A program made the position numbers and the translations under genes. The notes under the pieces are model-generated. The model ran no database searches, was not told the origin of the DNA, and was given only the letters and a program-made list of their open reading frames with translations. Of a DNA stretch of 64,000 nt, positions 1-10,271 are shown piece by piece. The DNA is from Clostridia bacterium (GTDB lineage: Bacteria; Bacillota; Clostridia; Oscillospirales; CAG-272), in assembly GCA_017550315.1 (NCBI GenBank), contig JAFZPN010000054.1:1766-65765 (forward strand). The letters are read 5' to 3'. Positions within the stretch are counted from its first letter, which is position 1. Each line of letters opens with the position of its first letter.

Positions 1-576
1 GAAGGGAAAATCGCGGCTGAACAGCGTGTCCATGTCCGCCCCGAGATCTTCGACAGTCCCGTCCGGGCGGATTCGTTTCAGTGTCAGGCGCATCTGTTTA
101 GAACTCTGGTCGGCCTCGACATAGCGAAGCCCATCCTTTTCAAACGTGCCGCACGCGACAAAACCGCTCCAATGAAGCGGTATGGGAACTTCTTCATAGG
201 TTCCGTCGGGATATAGTGTGACGACGGTAAAATGATCAACCGGGAATTCAAATTCATTTTCCCCATCGCTAACCATTTCATCTGTTCGGCTCGTAGCAAG
301 AATGCGCAGGATTTCGGTTTCCGGATCAAAATCTGGAAGGACTGCTGATGAAAGTTCCATGCTTTCAGGAAGGTGGATCAACTCGCTGGCGAAAATACCG
401 GTCAGCACACGGCGACCATCCTCAGTCACTGCTACACTGCCAATCCCGGAGACTTCATCTGATACGGATTCTTTTTTTGAGTTAGATTTGCTCTTACATC
501 CTGACGCTGCGAGTAACAGCATGATGAAAACCAAGATGATTAATAATTTTTTCGTCATTCTATGTTTTGTGTGCAT
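1..576 (-). CDS. N-terminal part of a large lipoprotein (runs off the window edge); resembles the lipoproteins at 45656-50602
   Basis: Not in the ORF track because it has no stop inside the window. Manual translation from ATG at 576: MHTKHRMTKKLLIILVFIMLLLAASGCKSKS..., lipobox ASGC, open to base 1. VLTGIF resembles TLTGIY in the 45656 protein. Confidence 0.8.
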   Translation of the reverse strand, partial: MHTKHRMTKKLLIILVFIMLLLAASGCKSKSNSKKESVSDEVSGIGSVAVTEDGRRVLTGIFASELIHLPESMELSSAVLPDFDPETEILRILATSRTDEMVSDGENEFEFPVDHFTVVTLYPDGTYEEVPIPLHWSGFVACGTFEKDGLRYVEADQSSKQMRLTLKRIRPDGTVEDLGADMDTLFSRDFPF

Positions 577-691
577 GTTGTTCTTCCTTATGCGAAAGCA
601 ATCCTTTTCCGGTTGTTCGGTGACCATGTTTACCGAGAAGCAGGACTTGTGGATGTTTCTTCATAAAGTCTCCCCTTCATCTTTTATTTTG

Positions 692-720
692 ATTATACCA
701 CCTACTTGCCCATATTTCAA
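692..720 (-). promoter_or_regulatory. sigma-A type promoter for the lipoprotein at 1-576
   Basis: Minus strand TTGAAA-17 nt-TATAAT. Confidence 0.6.
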
Positions 721-830
721 GAGTTTTCGCCAAATTCTTACAGCGCGAACCCATCCGTAATACTGACTAACCAGATATTGTCTCGTTCGTCGTGAGGTCC
801 GGCGATTCGCTTCATGTTTCAACACGCAAC

Positions 831-867
831 AAAAAACGCGGTTCTCGAACAAGAGCCGCGCTTTTTC
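831..867. terminator. Intrinsic terminator hairpin downstream of the 933-2390 gene
   Basis: aaaaaa-CGCGGTTCT...AGAGCCGCG-c-tttttt, an inverted repeat flanked by A and T runs. Confidence 0.7.
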
Positions 868-932
868 TGTAGTGTATTCCCTTCCGTCACATGCTGGAAT
901 CCCGCAGGATCGAGGCCGTCCCCGAACCTTGC

Positions 933-2390
933 TTATTCCCCCTTGATATCCCGGAATTCCTTGATCAGCCGCTCGAGGGTCTTTGTGGCGATCCGTGAAT
1001 TCTTCTGATAGTAAGATGCCACGCCTTCGGAACCGGTCCCCAGGTCGCCGAGGATATTGCGGAAGGCAAGATCATAGGCAAAGCTGAAGGAAGTCGTACG
1101 GGTATCCGCGATGATCTGAAGCATTTCCGCGTCATCCGGCGCGTCCGCGAGGCGGGATTTCATCGTGGACTCGAAATAGACGGGCAGGACCGTCTGATAG
1201 TTCCGGCAGGACAGGGCTTCGCAGACCGTGCCGATCAGATCAAGCTGTTCTTCACCGACGGTGATCGGGATCGCCCACGGACGGTCCGTACAGCAGTTGA
1301 TATAGCTCTTCTGTGTCTCGTCGAATTTGGGCGAGGGCAGGAATCCGTACGAGAAGTCCGCCTCCCGGTAGGAGGTGTAGGCATCGTGCAGCTGACCGTA
1401 ACACAACAGCGCTTTCCCCGGGCGGAACACGCTCACACCGAAGAAGTCGCCGGCGTCCCGGAAATCCTTGGAAGAGATCAGGTTCCGCATCTTCGTCACG
1501 TAGGTGTCGATCTGCTCCATGTCGAAGTCCAGATACGGCACATTGTCCGCATCTCTACGGTAAACGGGAATATCGACCGACTCCTGCAGGCAGTACCACG
1601 TCTGAGAACCGGTTACAAAGCCGACTTCGTCATCCGCGCCGATCTTACCGTCCCCGTTCAGATCGGTGGAAGCGCCCGTGCAGTATTCGATCATCGCGTC
1701 AAGCGTCCAGCCGCCTTCCCTGACCGTATCGTACGGCAAGGGGAGATTCAGCCGTTCGGCGAGATCCTTGTTGATGAACAGCGCGCGCGTCCAGGCAAGT
1801 CCCATGTAGGAAATGTAGTTGGAGGAACAGTACATGGATCCGCAGACCGAAAGGTTCTCGAGCATGATCTCGGGCCACCAGGGTTTTGAGAAATCAAACT
1901 GTTCCACCGTGTACATATCGACGAACAGGCCGTCCTTTGCCATCGGATAAGCGGCCCAGTCCGCGGCAAACTGAATATCAAACGCGTCGTCTCCGGCGAG
2001 AATGGAGGCGTTGTACGGCGTGCGGCTGTTTTCGTATAAGATCGGCGTGACATGGATATTAAAACGGTTTTCAAGGTACAGGGTGGAATCCCGGACCGCA
2101 TCGATCACGGGGGTGCCCGTATAGTCCTCCGCGACGCTGTAATTCACGTCGTCGCTTCCGTATGCGACCCGGAACTCGTAACCGTCAAAATCGGTATCGG
2201 GCAGGCCGTCGGTCAATTCGGTTTCCTCCGGCTCCTCTTCTTCCGTCCCGGGATCCGGCTGCAGCGCTGCCTCTCCCGCATCCGCGCCGGACGAAGGATC
2301 TTTGTTTTCTCCGCTCTCGCTGCAGGAAACGAATGCCGTCAGAAGGATCAGTGCGGCAAGGACGACGCAAAAGATCTTTCTTGTATTCAT
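933..2390 (-). CDS. Extracellular solute-binding lipoprotein (carbohydrate ABC SBP-like)
   Basis: Lipobox FVSC, acidic linker, DLNGDG motif, FSYGFLPSPKFDETQ motif typical of this clostridial SBP family. Confidence 0.85.
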   Translation of the reverse strand: MNTRKIFCVVLAALILLTAFVSCSESGENKDPSSGADAGEAALQPDPGTEEEEPEETELTDGLPDTDFDGYEFRVAYGSDDVNYSVAEDYTGTPVIDAVRDSTLYLENRFNIHVTPILYENSRTPYNASILAGDDAFDIQFAADWAAYPMAKDGLFVDMYTVEQFDFSKPWWPEIMLENLSVCGSMYCSSNYISYMGLAWTRALFINKDLAERLNLPLPYDTVREGGWTLDAMIEYCTGASTDLNGDGKIGADDEVGFVTGSQTWYCLQESVDIPVYRRDADNVPYLDFDMEQIDTYVTKMRNLISSKDFRDAGDFFGVSVFRPGKALLCYGQLHDAYTSYREADFSYGFLPSPKFDETQKSYINCCTDRPWAIPITVGEEQLDLIGTVCEALSCRNYQTVLPVYFESTMKSRLADAPDDAEMLQIIADTRTTSFSFAYDLAFRNILGDLGTGSEGVASYYQKNSRIATKTLERLIKEFRDIKGE

Positions 2391-2442
2391 ATGTAAGCTC
2401 TCCCTTTCAAGAACAACGAAGGATCGGACGTCGAGGTGTCCT

Positions 2443-3138
2443 TCACAGGAGCACTTCCCTGTTCGTGCCGTAGAAAATGTCCGCTTTTCCGGAAATCAGG
2501 CGGCAGAACTCCTCGAAGCGCTCCCAGTCTCCGTGGATGTCGAATTCGTAGGCGTGTCCCCAGATATAGAAGATCTGCGGCTTCTCCGGCGCAAGGGACA
2601 GGAACTGCTCCCCGAGCGAGAAGAGCGCGTCCCACTCCACGTGGTGGTACACGGTGGGGTTGAAGACGATCAGATCGTCCTGCAGATCGAAATTGTGGGT
2701 GGAAGTGGTGGTGCGCGCATACCGGATCCCTGTTTTCGTGCGGATCAGATCGGCGACGTGCGCGTTCATGCAGCCCGTCCCGCCGGGGTATGCCATGCCG
2801 ACGACCTCGTATCCCGCGATCTCCGACAGCACGAGGCGGTCTTCTTCGACCTCGCGGACGATCTCCTCGTCGGAAAGGTTCGAGAGCGCCGGATGCGTCA
2901 GCGTATGCCCCGCGATCTCGTGCCCCTCGTAGATGGCGCGGACTTCGCAGGCGCGCGGCTTCACATGGGCGACCGTCACGTCCTCCCGGATCAGGGAGCC
3001 CGGACGTCCGAGCAGCCCCGAATTGATGTTGAAGGTGCACTTCAGCCCGTATTTGTCGAAGAGGCGGATGAGCCGCTGATCCTGCGTCACCCCGTCGTCA
3101 TAGCTGAACGTCACCGCTTTCATTTTTCCCTGAAACAT
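2443..3138 (-). CDS. Polysaccharide deacetylase (CE4/NodB family)
   Basis: TFSYDDG, HTLTHP and AYPGG motifs. Confidence 0.85.
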   Translation of the reverse strand: MFQGKMKAVTFSYDDGVTQDQRLIRLFDKYGLKCTFNINSGLLGRPGSLIREDVTVAHVKPRACEVRAIYEGHEIAGHTLTHPALSNLSDEEIVREVEEDRLVLSEIAGYEVVGMAYPGGTGCMNAHVADLIRTKTGIRYARTTTSTHNFDLQDDLIVFNPTVYHHVEWDALFSLGEQFLSLAPEKPQIFYIWGHAYEFDIHGDWERFEEFCRLISGKADIFYGTNREVLL

Positions 3139-3186
3139 GTTCTCCTCCGTTTCGCCATCCCGGCACTGAAATCCTGATGGGCTTTC

Positions 3187-4185
3187 TTATTTCTTCATGA
3201 ACCGGAGCGCAAGAGTGCCGTTCACGGTCGTCGAGGTCTGGAGGGAGTTGAACCGTTCGCGGATCTCGCGGATCTCGAACACTCTCTGCTTTTTGAGCAG
3301 GTCCTCCACGGCGGCGGACAGTTCGTTCTGGTCCGGGAACTTGAGATAGACGGTATCCCTGCCGATCTGCGCGCGGATCATGTCCGCCGCTTTCTCGAAA
3401 TCGTACCGATCGAGGGCGACGCCCATTTTGATGAAGAAATTGCAGTCGCGCGCCGTGCACAGCGGAACATCGCATCCCTTGTCGATCCCGTGGGTGCGGA
3501 GGATCTCCTCCGTCGTGACGCAGAAGTAGTCGTAGGTGCGGAATCCCTGCACGCCCTTGGCGAAGACCGGATCGTCCCAGGTCACGTCGAGGTGGTAGGG
3601 CTGGCCGTCGACGTACACGTAGTTCCACTCGTGAGGGCCGCCGCCGTCCAGTTTGATGCCCTGCACGCGGCCCGCTTTGATCCCGAATTTCTCCGCGACG
3701 GTCTGAAACGCCTTCGCGTATCCGGAACAGACGGCATGTCCGTCCACCAGGCAGGCGTAGGCGCTCATCCCGCGTACGGCAGCCTCGTCGTTCCGGACTC
3801 CCGCGGAAAGGGCATTCGCGGAGCCGAAATTGTATTCCGTTCTGTCAATGATGGCCTCGTGGATTTTGAGCACGGTTTCAAACTCCGAATCCCCCTTGCA
3901 CGCGTTTACGAACGCCTTCACCGCCTGATCGAACCTCTGGCGTCTCCGTTTCAGTTCGTCGTCGTCGATCATGATCTCGGGGATGAGCGTCACCTTGACT
4001 TCGTTTCCGCGCACGCTCTTGGAATACTTGCAGGAGCCGGTGAGCCAGAAGAGCTCGGGATGTTCCGCCATGATCCTGCCGAATTCCTTCATGACGGTAT
4101 CGGAACAGTCATAATCGAAGACTACTTCCCTCGCGCCGAGGGAGAGCTGCTTCAAAAGCTCGGAATATGTCTTGTCGTTCTGCAT
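3187..4185 (-). CDS. Transglutaminase-like domain protein
   Basis: Cys-His-Asp triad motifs VCSGYAKAF, HEWN and DVTWDD; no signal peptide. Confidence 0.8.
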   Translation of the reverse strand: MQNDKTYSELLKQLSLGAREVVFDYDCSDTVMKEFGRIMAEHPELFWLTGSCKYSKSVRGNEVKVTLIPEIMIDDDELKRRRQRFDQAVKAFVNACKGDSEFETVLKIHEAIIDRTEYNFGSANALSAGVRNDEAAVRGMSAYACLVDGHAVCSGYAKAFQTVAEKFGIKAGRVQGIKLDGGGPHEWNYVYVDGQPYHLDVTWDDPVFAKGVQGFRTYDYFCVTTEEILRTHGIDKGCDVPLCTARDCNFFIKMGVALDRYDFEKAADMIRAQIGRDTVYLKFPDQNELSAAVEDLLKKQRVFEIREIRERFNSLQTSTTVNGTLALRFMKK

Positions 4186-4297
4186 GATGGACCTCCTGAA
4201 TTGGATATGGATTTGTTTTCATGTTTCATTATACAGGAAAACGGATGGGCTGTCAACAGATAGGGATCACGTTCTATAAAAGGGCCGGAGTCAGTTT

Positions 4298-5227
4298 TCA
4301 GGAGAACCACGCGGCGAGGAAGTCCTTCATCTTCCCTTCGTAGGACGCCTCCGCGAGGAATTCGGTGCCCTGCTGATTCCCCCAGCTGTAATACATGATC
4401 GTGCGGCCGTTGAACTCGCAGAGCTCGAGGTCGCTGTTGTTGATGTCGAGGGCGTCCCGGATCTGTTTCTGCTCCGCCTCGGTCAGGAAGGGATTCCCAA
4501 TCTGCTTGTCCTCTTCGTCGTCGTACATCAGGACGGGATTGAGGGGACTGTACTCCCACGCCTTCAGATCGCGGGAACGGGCGATGCAGTTCGTGTAGGT
4601 GGGGCCGGGTCCCGCTTCGAGATAGAGGACGTAATACCAGCCGTCATCGACCGTGTAGATTGCCGGCCCTCCGGCGTAGCGGTCCTTCTGGAACACGCAG
4701 TCCCGTGGGGTCAGGGTCCAGTTCACCATGTCGGGCGAGGTCGCGAAGCGGAAGGTGAAGGGATGCTCCCCGGCCTCCTCGACGGGCGCCGAGATCTCCA
4801 TGAGGAGGGTGTAGATCCCGTTCATCTTGCAGACGCCGGTGTTGAAGATCTTCCAGCCCGGCAGGGTGATTTCCGCGGCAAGCTCCCACGAGGTGAGATC
4901 CTCCGAGCGGAAGATGTGCAGTGTGGAGCCGCCCCAGGTCTTGTCGACGCCGACAGCATACATCACTTCGCCGTCTGCGTAGGCGCATCCGAGGTGATGA
5001 TCCCGCGCGAAGGACGGCAGTCTCCGGCCGGTTTTCAAATCGATGAAGTGAAAGCTGGACCACGGGTTCGGGTTGTCGGGATTGCGTGCGGCCAGGGCCT
5101 CGGATACGGCGGGACGGCAGTACTCAAAGCGGTAGAGATTGCCCCCGAACACGACGGGCGTCGATTCCACAGTGCCGAATTTGATGGTCCCGCGCTTTTT
5201 GATCGCGGGTCTTTTCTGTTCGCTCAT
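4298..5227 (-). CDS. Putative five-bladed beta-propeller glycoside hydrolase (GH43/GH130-like fold)
   Basis: Repeated SxDLxxW blade motifs (SEDLTSW, SPDMVNW, SRDLKAW) and NPVL; sits directly downstream of the GH78 gene. Confidence 0.6.
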   Translation of the reverse strand: MSEQKRPAIKKRGTIKFGTVESTPVVFGGNLYRFEYCRPAVSEALAARNPDNPNPWSSFHFIDLKTGRRLPSFARDHHLGCAYADGEVMYAVGVDKTWGGSTLHIFRSEDLTSWELAAEITLPGWKIFNTGVCKMNGIYTLLMEISAPVEEAGEHPFTFRFATSPDMVNWTLTPRDCVFQKDRYAGGPAIYTVDDGWYYVLYLEAGPGPTYTNCIARSRDLKAWEYSPLNPVLMYDDEEDKQIGNPFLTEAEQKQIRDALDINNSDLELCEFNGRTIMYYSWGNQQGTEFLAEASYEGKMKDFLAAWFS

Positions 5228-5260
5228 GATGCTTTGCCTCCGAAAAATCTATATGTGATC

Positions 5261-7426
5261 TTATACCGTGAAGTCATATTCTCCTTCGCCGTACTCGCTT
5301 CCGCGGAAGAGTGCGGTAATGCCGGCGGGGACGGTGAGGGACACATGAACGCCGTCCGGTTCCCGTCTCCATGCAACGGCGATTTTCCCTCCGGCGGGCG
5401 TGACGATGCTGCCCTGTGCCCAGTCGAGTTTCTCGAAGAAAACCGGACGGACGGCGGTTTTGGCGTATGCGGGCGTCAGGGCTTCGATCCCGATGATCGT
5501 CTTCATCATCCACGACATGAAGCTCGAATACATGTGGTGGTTATGCGATCCGCCGGAGCCCCACATCTCCCAGAGCGTCGTCGCGCCGCCGTCGAGCCAT
5601 TCGCGATAGGACGGGAAGCCCTCGGCCGTGAGGATCCGGTACGCGTACTCCTCGAGCCCGCAGCGGTTTAGGGCGGTGTAGAGACAGGGCAGCCCGACCA
5701 TGCCGCAGTCGTGGTGGAAATCATGCTCCTCCACCAGCCGGGCGAGCTGGGCTTTCAGGGGCTCGTGCATCCCATCTTCGTACAGATCGAGCGCGATCGT
5801 CATGGCGACGGCGGTCTGCTTGTCGATGCGGCAGATGCCGTCGGGATTCCGATACTTCCCTCTGTGCCGCGCGAGCTGCTCCGCGAGCCGGGTTTCCCAT
5901 TCCGCGGGATCCTCCCCCGCGAGCTCACAGGCGAGGACGGTGATCCGCAGGCATTTCACGATCAGCGCGCTGTTGACGAAGGCTGCGTCCACCCGCGGAG
6001 AGCCGTCCGGGGAGGCCCAGTCGTCAAGGCCATAAGCGATATCGCCGTCTGCGTTCCGCCGCGTTTCGTAGAAATCGAGGTTCCGCTTGAAATACGGCAA
6101 GGATTCGATCAGGTATTTCGGATCGCCGGTGTGGAAATACAGGCGGTAGGCCGTCTCGAAGAGCACGCCCTCGGAGACCGGGCCATTGCCCCAGGAATAG
6201 CCCCAGCCGCTCGAGGGGACGATGCCGGGGATCATGCCATTCGGAAGCATCGCATCGCGGATGTCCTGGAGCCACTTGGCGAAGAGCCGCTCGGAGGCAA
6301 AGTCCGTCAGAAACTGTTCCATCGAGGACTGCGCGTCGTTGCACCAGCCGAGCTTTTCCCGTGTGGGACAGTCGGTGGGCATGTAAAAGAGATTCGAGGG
6401 TGTCGCCCGCTGACCGATCCGAAAGAGATCGCAGAGGAAAGGATCGGAGCAGGAAAACGTGCTGCGGATCGGGACGGCCTGATGGACGAACACCGCTCTC
6501 ACGGATTCAGGGGAGGGATGTTTCAGTCCCGTGATCTGCACGTACTGGAAGCCGTGGTAGGTGAAGCGGGGCGACCACGTGAACGGACCGGACGGACAGA
6601 TCAGCCGGTCGGTCTGGCACTGTGATTCCGGATAGTGCTGCTTCATGTGGTCGAAGAGCCGCCCGTCCGGAGATTTCTGCTCGCGGTAGCGGAGAACGAT
6701 CTCGTCCCCCTCGTCCTGATCGACCTTCAGCCGGACGAAACCGGAGAGATTCGTGCCGAAATCAAAGATCACGCCGCCCTCTCCGTCCTCCGTCATCGAG
6801 ACCGGGGCGTATTCTTCAAACGCCCGGATCGGCTCGCAGGGACAGAGGCGAAACACGCCCGTCGGAGGTTTGGTGTCCGGGACGGCATGGCCCCACGCAT
6901 TGTCGTCAAAGTCCATGCTTTTCCACGAGGGATCGTACAGCCTGGCATCGAAGTGTTCCCCGCTTCGGAGCTGGTTGTAGACGACGAAGGATTCCGGCAG
7001 GCATTTCCAGCGCTCGTCGGAGCAGAGGACGGTCTTTCCGTCGACGACGAGCTCGAGGATGAATTTCGGATTGTCCCGCCACGGGGCGGTGTCGTAGTCC
7101 CACGAGGTCCTGAAATACTCGTTGTACCACCCGTTGCCGCAGATCACGGCGAAGACGTTCTCCCCCTCCCGCAGCCGGTCCGTCACGTCGTAGACATTGT
7201 ACCAGAGCGTTTTCCGGTAGTCGCTGACGGGTGCGGTGTAGAGGTCCTCCGAAAGCGGCTCGCCGTTGAGCCAGTAATACGCGTATCCCAATCCGCAGAC
7301 ACGCACCTCGGCGGATCCGACCGGCCCGTCGACCGTGAACCGGCGGCGGAACAGCGGGGCAGGGGCGTTTTCATGATGCCGGAACGGCGAGGGGGACTTG
7401 ATGAAACCGATGTTCTCAAATGCCAT
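5261..7426 (-). CDS. Alpha-L-rhamnosidase (GH78)
   Basis: PRFTYHGFQYV, PTDCPTREKLGW, GATTLWEMW and SHNHHM motifs; start placed at ATG 7426 after GGAG. Confidence 0.9.
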   Translation of the reverse strand: MAFENIGFIKSPSPFRHHENAPAPLFRRRFTVDGPVGSAEVRVCGLGYAYYWLNGEPLSEDLYTAPVSDYRKTLWYNVYDVTDRLREGENVFAVICGNGWYNEYFRTSWDYDTAPWRDNPKFILELVVDGKTVLCSDERWKCLPESFVVYNQLRSGEHFDARLYDPSWKSMDFDDNAWGHAVPDTKPPTGVFRLCPCEPIRAFEEYAPVSMTEDGEGGVIFDFGTNLSGFVRLKVDQDEGDEIVLRYREQKSPDGRLFDHMKQHYPESQCQTDRLICPSGPFTWSPRFTYHGFQYVQITGLKHPSPESVRAVFVHQAVPIRSTFSCSDPFLCDLFRIGQRATPSNLFYMPTDCPTREKLGWCNDAQSSMEQFLTDFASERLFAKWLQDIRDAMLPNGMIPGIVPSSGWGYSWGNGPVSEGVLFETAYRLYFHTGDPKYLIESLPYFKRNLDFYETRRNADGDIAYGLDDWASPDGSPRVDAAFVNSALIVKCLRITVLACELAGEDPAEWETRLAEQLARHRGKYRNPDGICRIDKQTAVAMTIALDLYEDGMHEPLKAQLARLVEEHDFHHDCGMVGLPCLYTALNRCGLEEYAYRILTAEGFPSYREWLDGGATTLWEMWGSGGSHNHHMYSSFMSWMMKTIIGIEALTPAYAKTAVRPVFFEKLDWAQGSIVTPAGGKIAVAWRREPDGVHVSLTVPAGITALFRGSEYGEGEYDFTV

Positions 7427-7654
7427 AAGAAACTCCATTTCTGTCTGATTCACACGGAACCGCGGAGCGCGGTTTTTCTTCTCGCTGTATTTTTATCCCA
7501 TTATAGCATATCCGTTCCGCAAGAGCAAGGGCATCGTCCAACTTTCGGCAAATCGATCCGGCTGCCTGCGGATTCCCGGTCCTTCGCTTCCGAGAAGCCG
7601 CGCTGTACCGGGAAGATTCCCGCGATATTTATGAACTCATTTTTCTAAATCCCC

Positions 7655-7684
7655 TTGACAAAGTCCCCTTCGATCATGTATAAT
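7655..7684 (+). promoter_or_regulatory. sigma-A promoter of the pxp operon
   Basis: Consensus TTGACA-18 nt-TATAAT. Confidence 0.75.
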
Positions 7685-7734
7685 TAGTCAATAGTTTTCA
7701 CAAAAACGGAATAATAAACACAAACACAAGGACG

Positions 7735-8478
7735 GTGTTGCATTTGACTGACTTCCGCATCCTCCCCGTGGGAGATTCCGCCGTTTCGGTGGAATTCGGA
7801 AACCGCATCGACCCCGGGATCAATGCCAAGGTTCATACGCTGTGCTCGCTCCTCTCCGAGAAAAAAATCCCGGGCATCGCGGATGTGATCCCCACCTTCT
7901 GCGCCCTGCTCATCTGCTACGATCCCTGCGTCATCCGCTTCGGCAAGCTGTGCGAGGAGATCGAACGGATCACCGCGGCCGGTCTCGAAGGCGTCTCCGC
8001 CCCGTCGAGGACCTTCCTCATCTCCGTCTGCTACGGCGGCGAATACGGGGAGGACCTTCCCTACGTCGCCGAACACGCGGGTCTTTCCGAGCGGGAGGTC
8101 ATCCTGCGGCACTGTGCGCCGGATTATCTCATCTACATGCTCGGCTTTCTTCCGGGTTTTTCCTATCTGGGCGGCATGGATCCGACGTTGGAAACGCCCC
8201 GTCTCTCCCAGCCGCGTCAGCGGATCCCCGCCGGTTCGGTGGGCATCGGCGGCAATCAGACCGGGCTCTATCCCATGGATTCTCCCGGCGGGTGGCGTCT
8301 GATCGGGCGCTCCCCGGTCCGGCCCTACGACCCGCGGCGGAAGGAACAGATCCTCTACCGCGCGGGAGACAAGATCCGCTTCGTGCCGATCGATGAAAAA
8401 CAGTATCTGGAAATCGAGGCTGCGGCGACCGCGGGCACGTATGAATGCCCGTATCTGGAAGGGGGGAGGACGCAGTGA
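7735..8478 (+). CDS. pxpB: 5-oxoprolinase subunit B (KipI-like)
   Basis: YMLGFLPGFSYLG, GSVGIGGNQTGLYPMDSPGGWRLIGR. Confidence 0.9.
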   Translation: MLHLTDFRILPVGDSAVSVEFGNRIDPGINAKVHTLCSLLSEKKIPGIADVIPTFCALLICYDPCVIRFGKLCEEIERITAAGLEGVSAPSRTFLISVCYGGEYGEDLPYVAEHAGLSEREVILRHCAPDYLIYMLGFLPGFSYLGGMDPTLETPRLSQPRQRIPAGSVGIGGNQTGLYPMDSPGGWRLIGRSPVRPYDPRRKEQILYRAGDKIRFVPIDEKQYLEIEAAATAGTYECPYLEGGRTQ

Positions 8479-9440
8479 GCATGGAAATCCTTCATCCCGG
8501 CCTGCTCTCCACCATTCAGGACCTCGGACGCTTCGGCTATCAGGCCAGCGGATTCGCCCCGACGGGAGCCAGCGATTTTCTCTCCATGAAACGGGCCAAT
8601 GCGCTCGTGGGCAACGATCCGGGTGAGGCGGTCCTCGAAATGATGCTCCTCGGCATCACCGCGAAATTCCACACCGCCTGCGTGATCGCCATCACGGGCG
8701 CGGACATGACGCCGAAGATCAACGGATTCGCCGTGGAGAACGGCGTCGCGATCCGGATCACACCGGGCGACGTCCTGGAATTCTCCGGCACCCGCGGCGG
8801 GACCTGCTGCTATCTGGCGGTCTCCGGCGGATTCGACATCCCCCTCGTCATGGGGAGCCGCTCGACCGGGCTGCGCTTTGCCGTCGGCGGTTTCAACGGA
8901 CGGAAGCTCAAGATGGGCGATCAGCTGAAACTCAGGGCTCCCGTGCCGGATCTGCCGAACTTCCAGTGCCGCCGTCTCACGTCCATGCCGGTGTTCAGCA
9001 AGCACGTGGTGCTGCGCGCCATCGCCGGTCCGCAGGACTTCATGTTTTCCGACACGGAGATCGCGGGATTCTTCTCCCGGCCCTATTCCGTCACCAACGC
9101 CACCGACCGCATGGGGATCCGGCTGGAAGGCGAACCGATCGTCCCGAAGGTGACCAGCGACATCATCTCCGACGGAACGGTGTTCGGCGCCATTCAGGTC
9201 CCCTCGGGCGGACAGCCCATCATTTTGATGGCAGACCGGCAGACCACCGGCGGATACGCGAAGATCGCCACGATCATCACCGCCGATCTCCCGCGCGCCG
9301 CGCAGATGACCCCCGGATGCACGGTGCGGTTCATGCGCGTGACCATCGATCAGGCGCAGGACATCCTTGCGCTCGAGAAAGCGTCTTTCGAGGAAGAATA
9401 CCGCCTCTTGAACGCGACATATCCGAAAAGCGACGCGTAA
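8475..9440 (+). CDS. pxpC: 5-oxoprolinase subunit C (KipA-like)
   Basis: IQDLGRFGYQ, DRMGIRLEG, MADRQTTGGYAKIA; GTG start overlaps the pxpB stop (alternative ATG at 8481). Confidence 0.9.
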   Translation: MSMEILHPGLLSTIQDLGRFGYQASGFAPTGASDFLSMKRANALVGNDPGEAVLEMMLLGITAKFHTACVIAITGADMTPKINGFAVENGVAIRITPGDVLEFSGTRGGTCCYLAVSGGFDIPLVMGSRSTGLRFAVGGFNGRKLKMGDQLKLRAPVPDLPNFQCRRLTSMPVFSKHVVLRAIAGPQDFMFSDTEIAGFFSRPYSVTNATDRMGIRLEGEPIVPKVTSDIISDGTVFGAIQVPSGGQPIILMADRQTTGGYAKIATIITADLPRAAQMTPGCTVRFMRVTIDQAQDILALEKASFEEEYRLLNATYPKSDA

Positions 9441-9477
9441 GCGTTTCCCGTTCAACTGCCAACGAAAGAGGAAAAAC

Positions 9478-10260
9478 GTGACAAATTATCAAAACATGTC
9501 CCCCGCTGAGGTGCGCGCCCTGATCCGAAAGGAAGTCATCACGACCAACACCTCCGGCATGTGCGCCGGTTATGCGCAGGCCAATCTCATCGTGCTTCCC
9601 CGCGATCTCGCGTTCGATTTCCTGCTCTTTGCCCAGAAGAACCCCTACGCCTGCCCCGTTCTCGAGGTCTGCGAAGGCCGTTATACCACCGAGATGGCGG
9701 ACGGCGCGGACATCGCCCGGGACAGTCCCCGCTACCGGGTTTACGAATACGGCGAGATGACGGGCGAATACCGGAACGTCGAACATCTCTGGCGCGACGA
9801 TCTCGTGAGTTTTCTCATCGGCTGCTCCTTCTCGTTCGAGGCGGAACTTCTCGAAGCCGGCATCCCCGTCCGGCAGATCGAGGAAGGCCGGAACGTCCCG
9901 ATGTACATCACCAATATTCCCTGCCGTCCGGCGGGTGTTTTCCACGGCAACACGGTCGTCAGCATGCGTCCGATGACGCCTGCGCAGGCCATCCTCGCCG
10001 TCTCGATCACGGCGGACATGCCCCGCGTCCACGGCAAGCCGATCCATTTCGGTGATCCGGCCGAGATCGGCATCGCGGACGTCATGAAGCCCGATTTCGG
10101 CGACGCGGTGACGATCCGCCCCGGCGAGATCCCGGTATTCTGGCCGTGCGGCGTGACGCCTCAGGCAGCGCTGATGGCCGCGAAGCCCCCGTTCGCCATC
10201 ACCCACGCGCCCGGACACATGTTCATCACGGACGTCAAGAATTCGGCTTTGAAGTATTGA
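9478..10260 (+). CDS. DUF1445 putative hydro-lyase / D-glutamate cyclase family (YcsI-like)
   Basis: GYAQANL, FLIGCSFSFE, FWPCGVTPQ, ITHAPGHMFITD. Confidence 0.85.
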   Translation: MTNYQNMSPAEVRALIRKEVITTNTSGMCAGYAQANLIVLPRDLAFDFLLFAQKNPYACPVLEVCEGRYTTEMADGADIARDSPRYRVYEYGEMTGEYRNVEHLWRDDLVSFLIGCSFSFEAELLEAGIPVRQIEEGRNVPMYITNIPCRPAGVFHGNTVVSMRPMTPAQAILAVSITADMPRVHGKPIHFGDPAEIGIADVMKPDFGDAVTIRPGEIPVFWPCGVTPQAALMAAKPPFAITHAPGHMFITDVKNSALKY

Positions 10261-10271
10261 GGAGGAGAACC

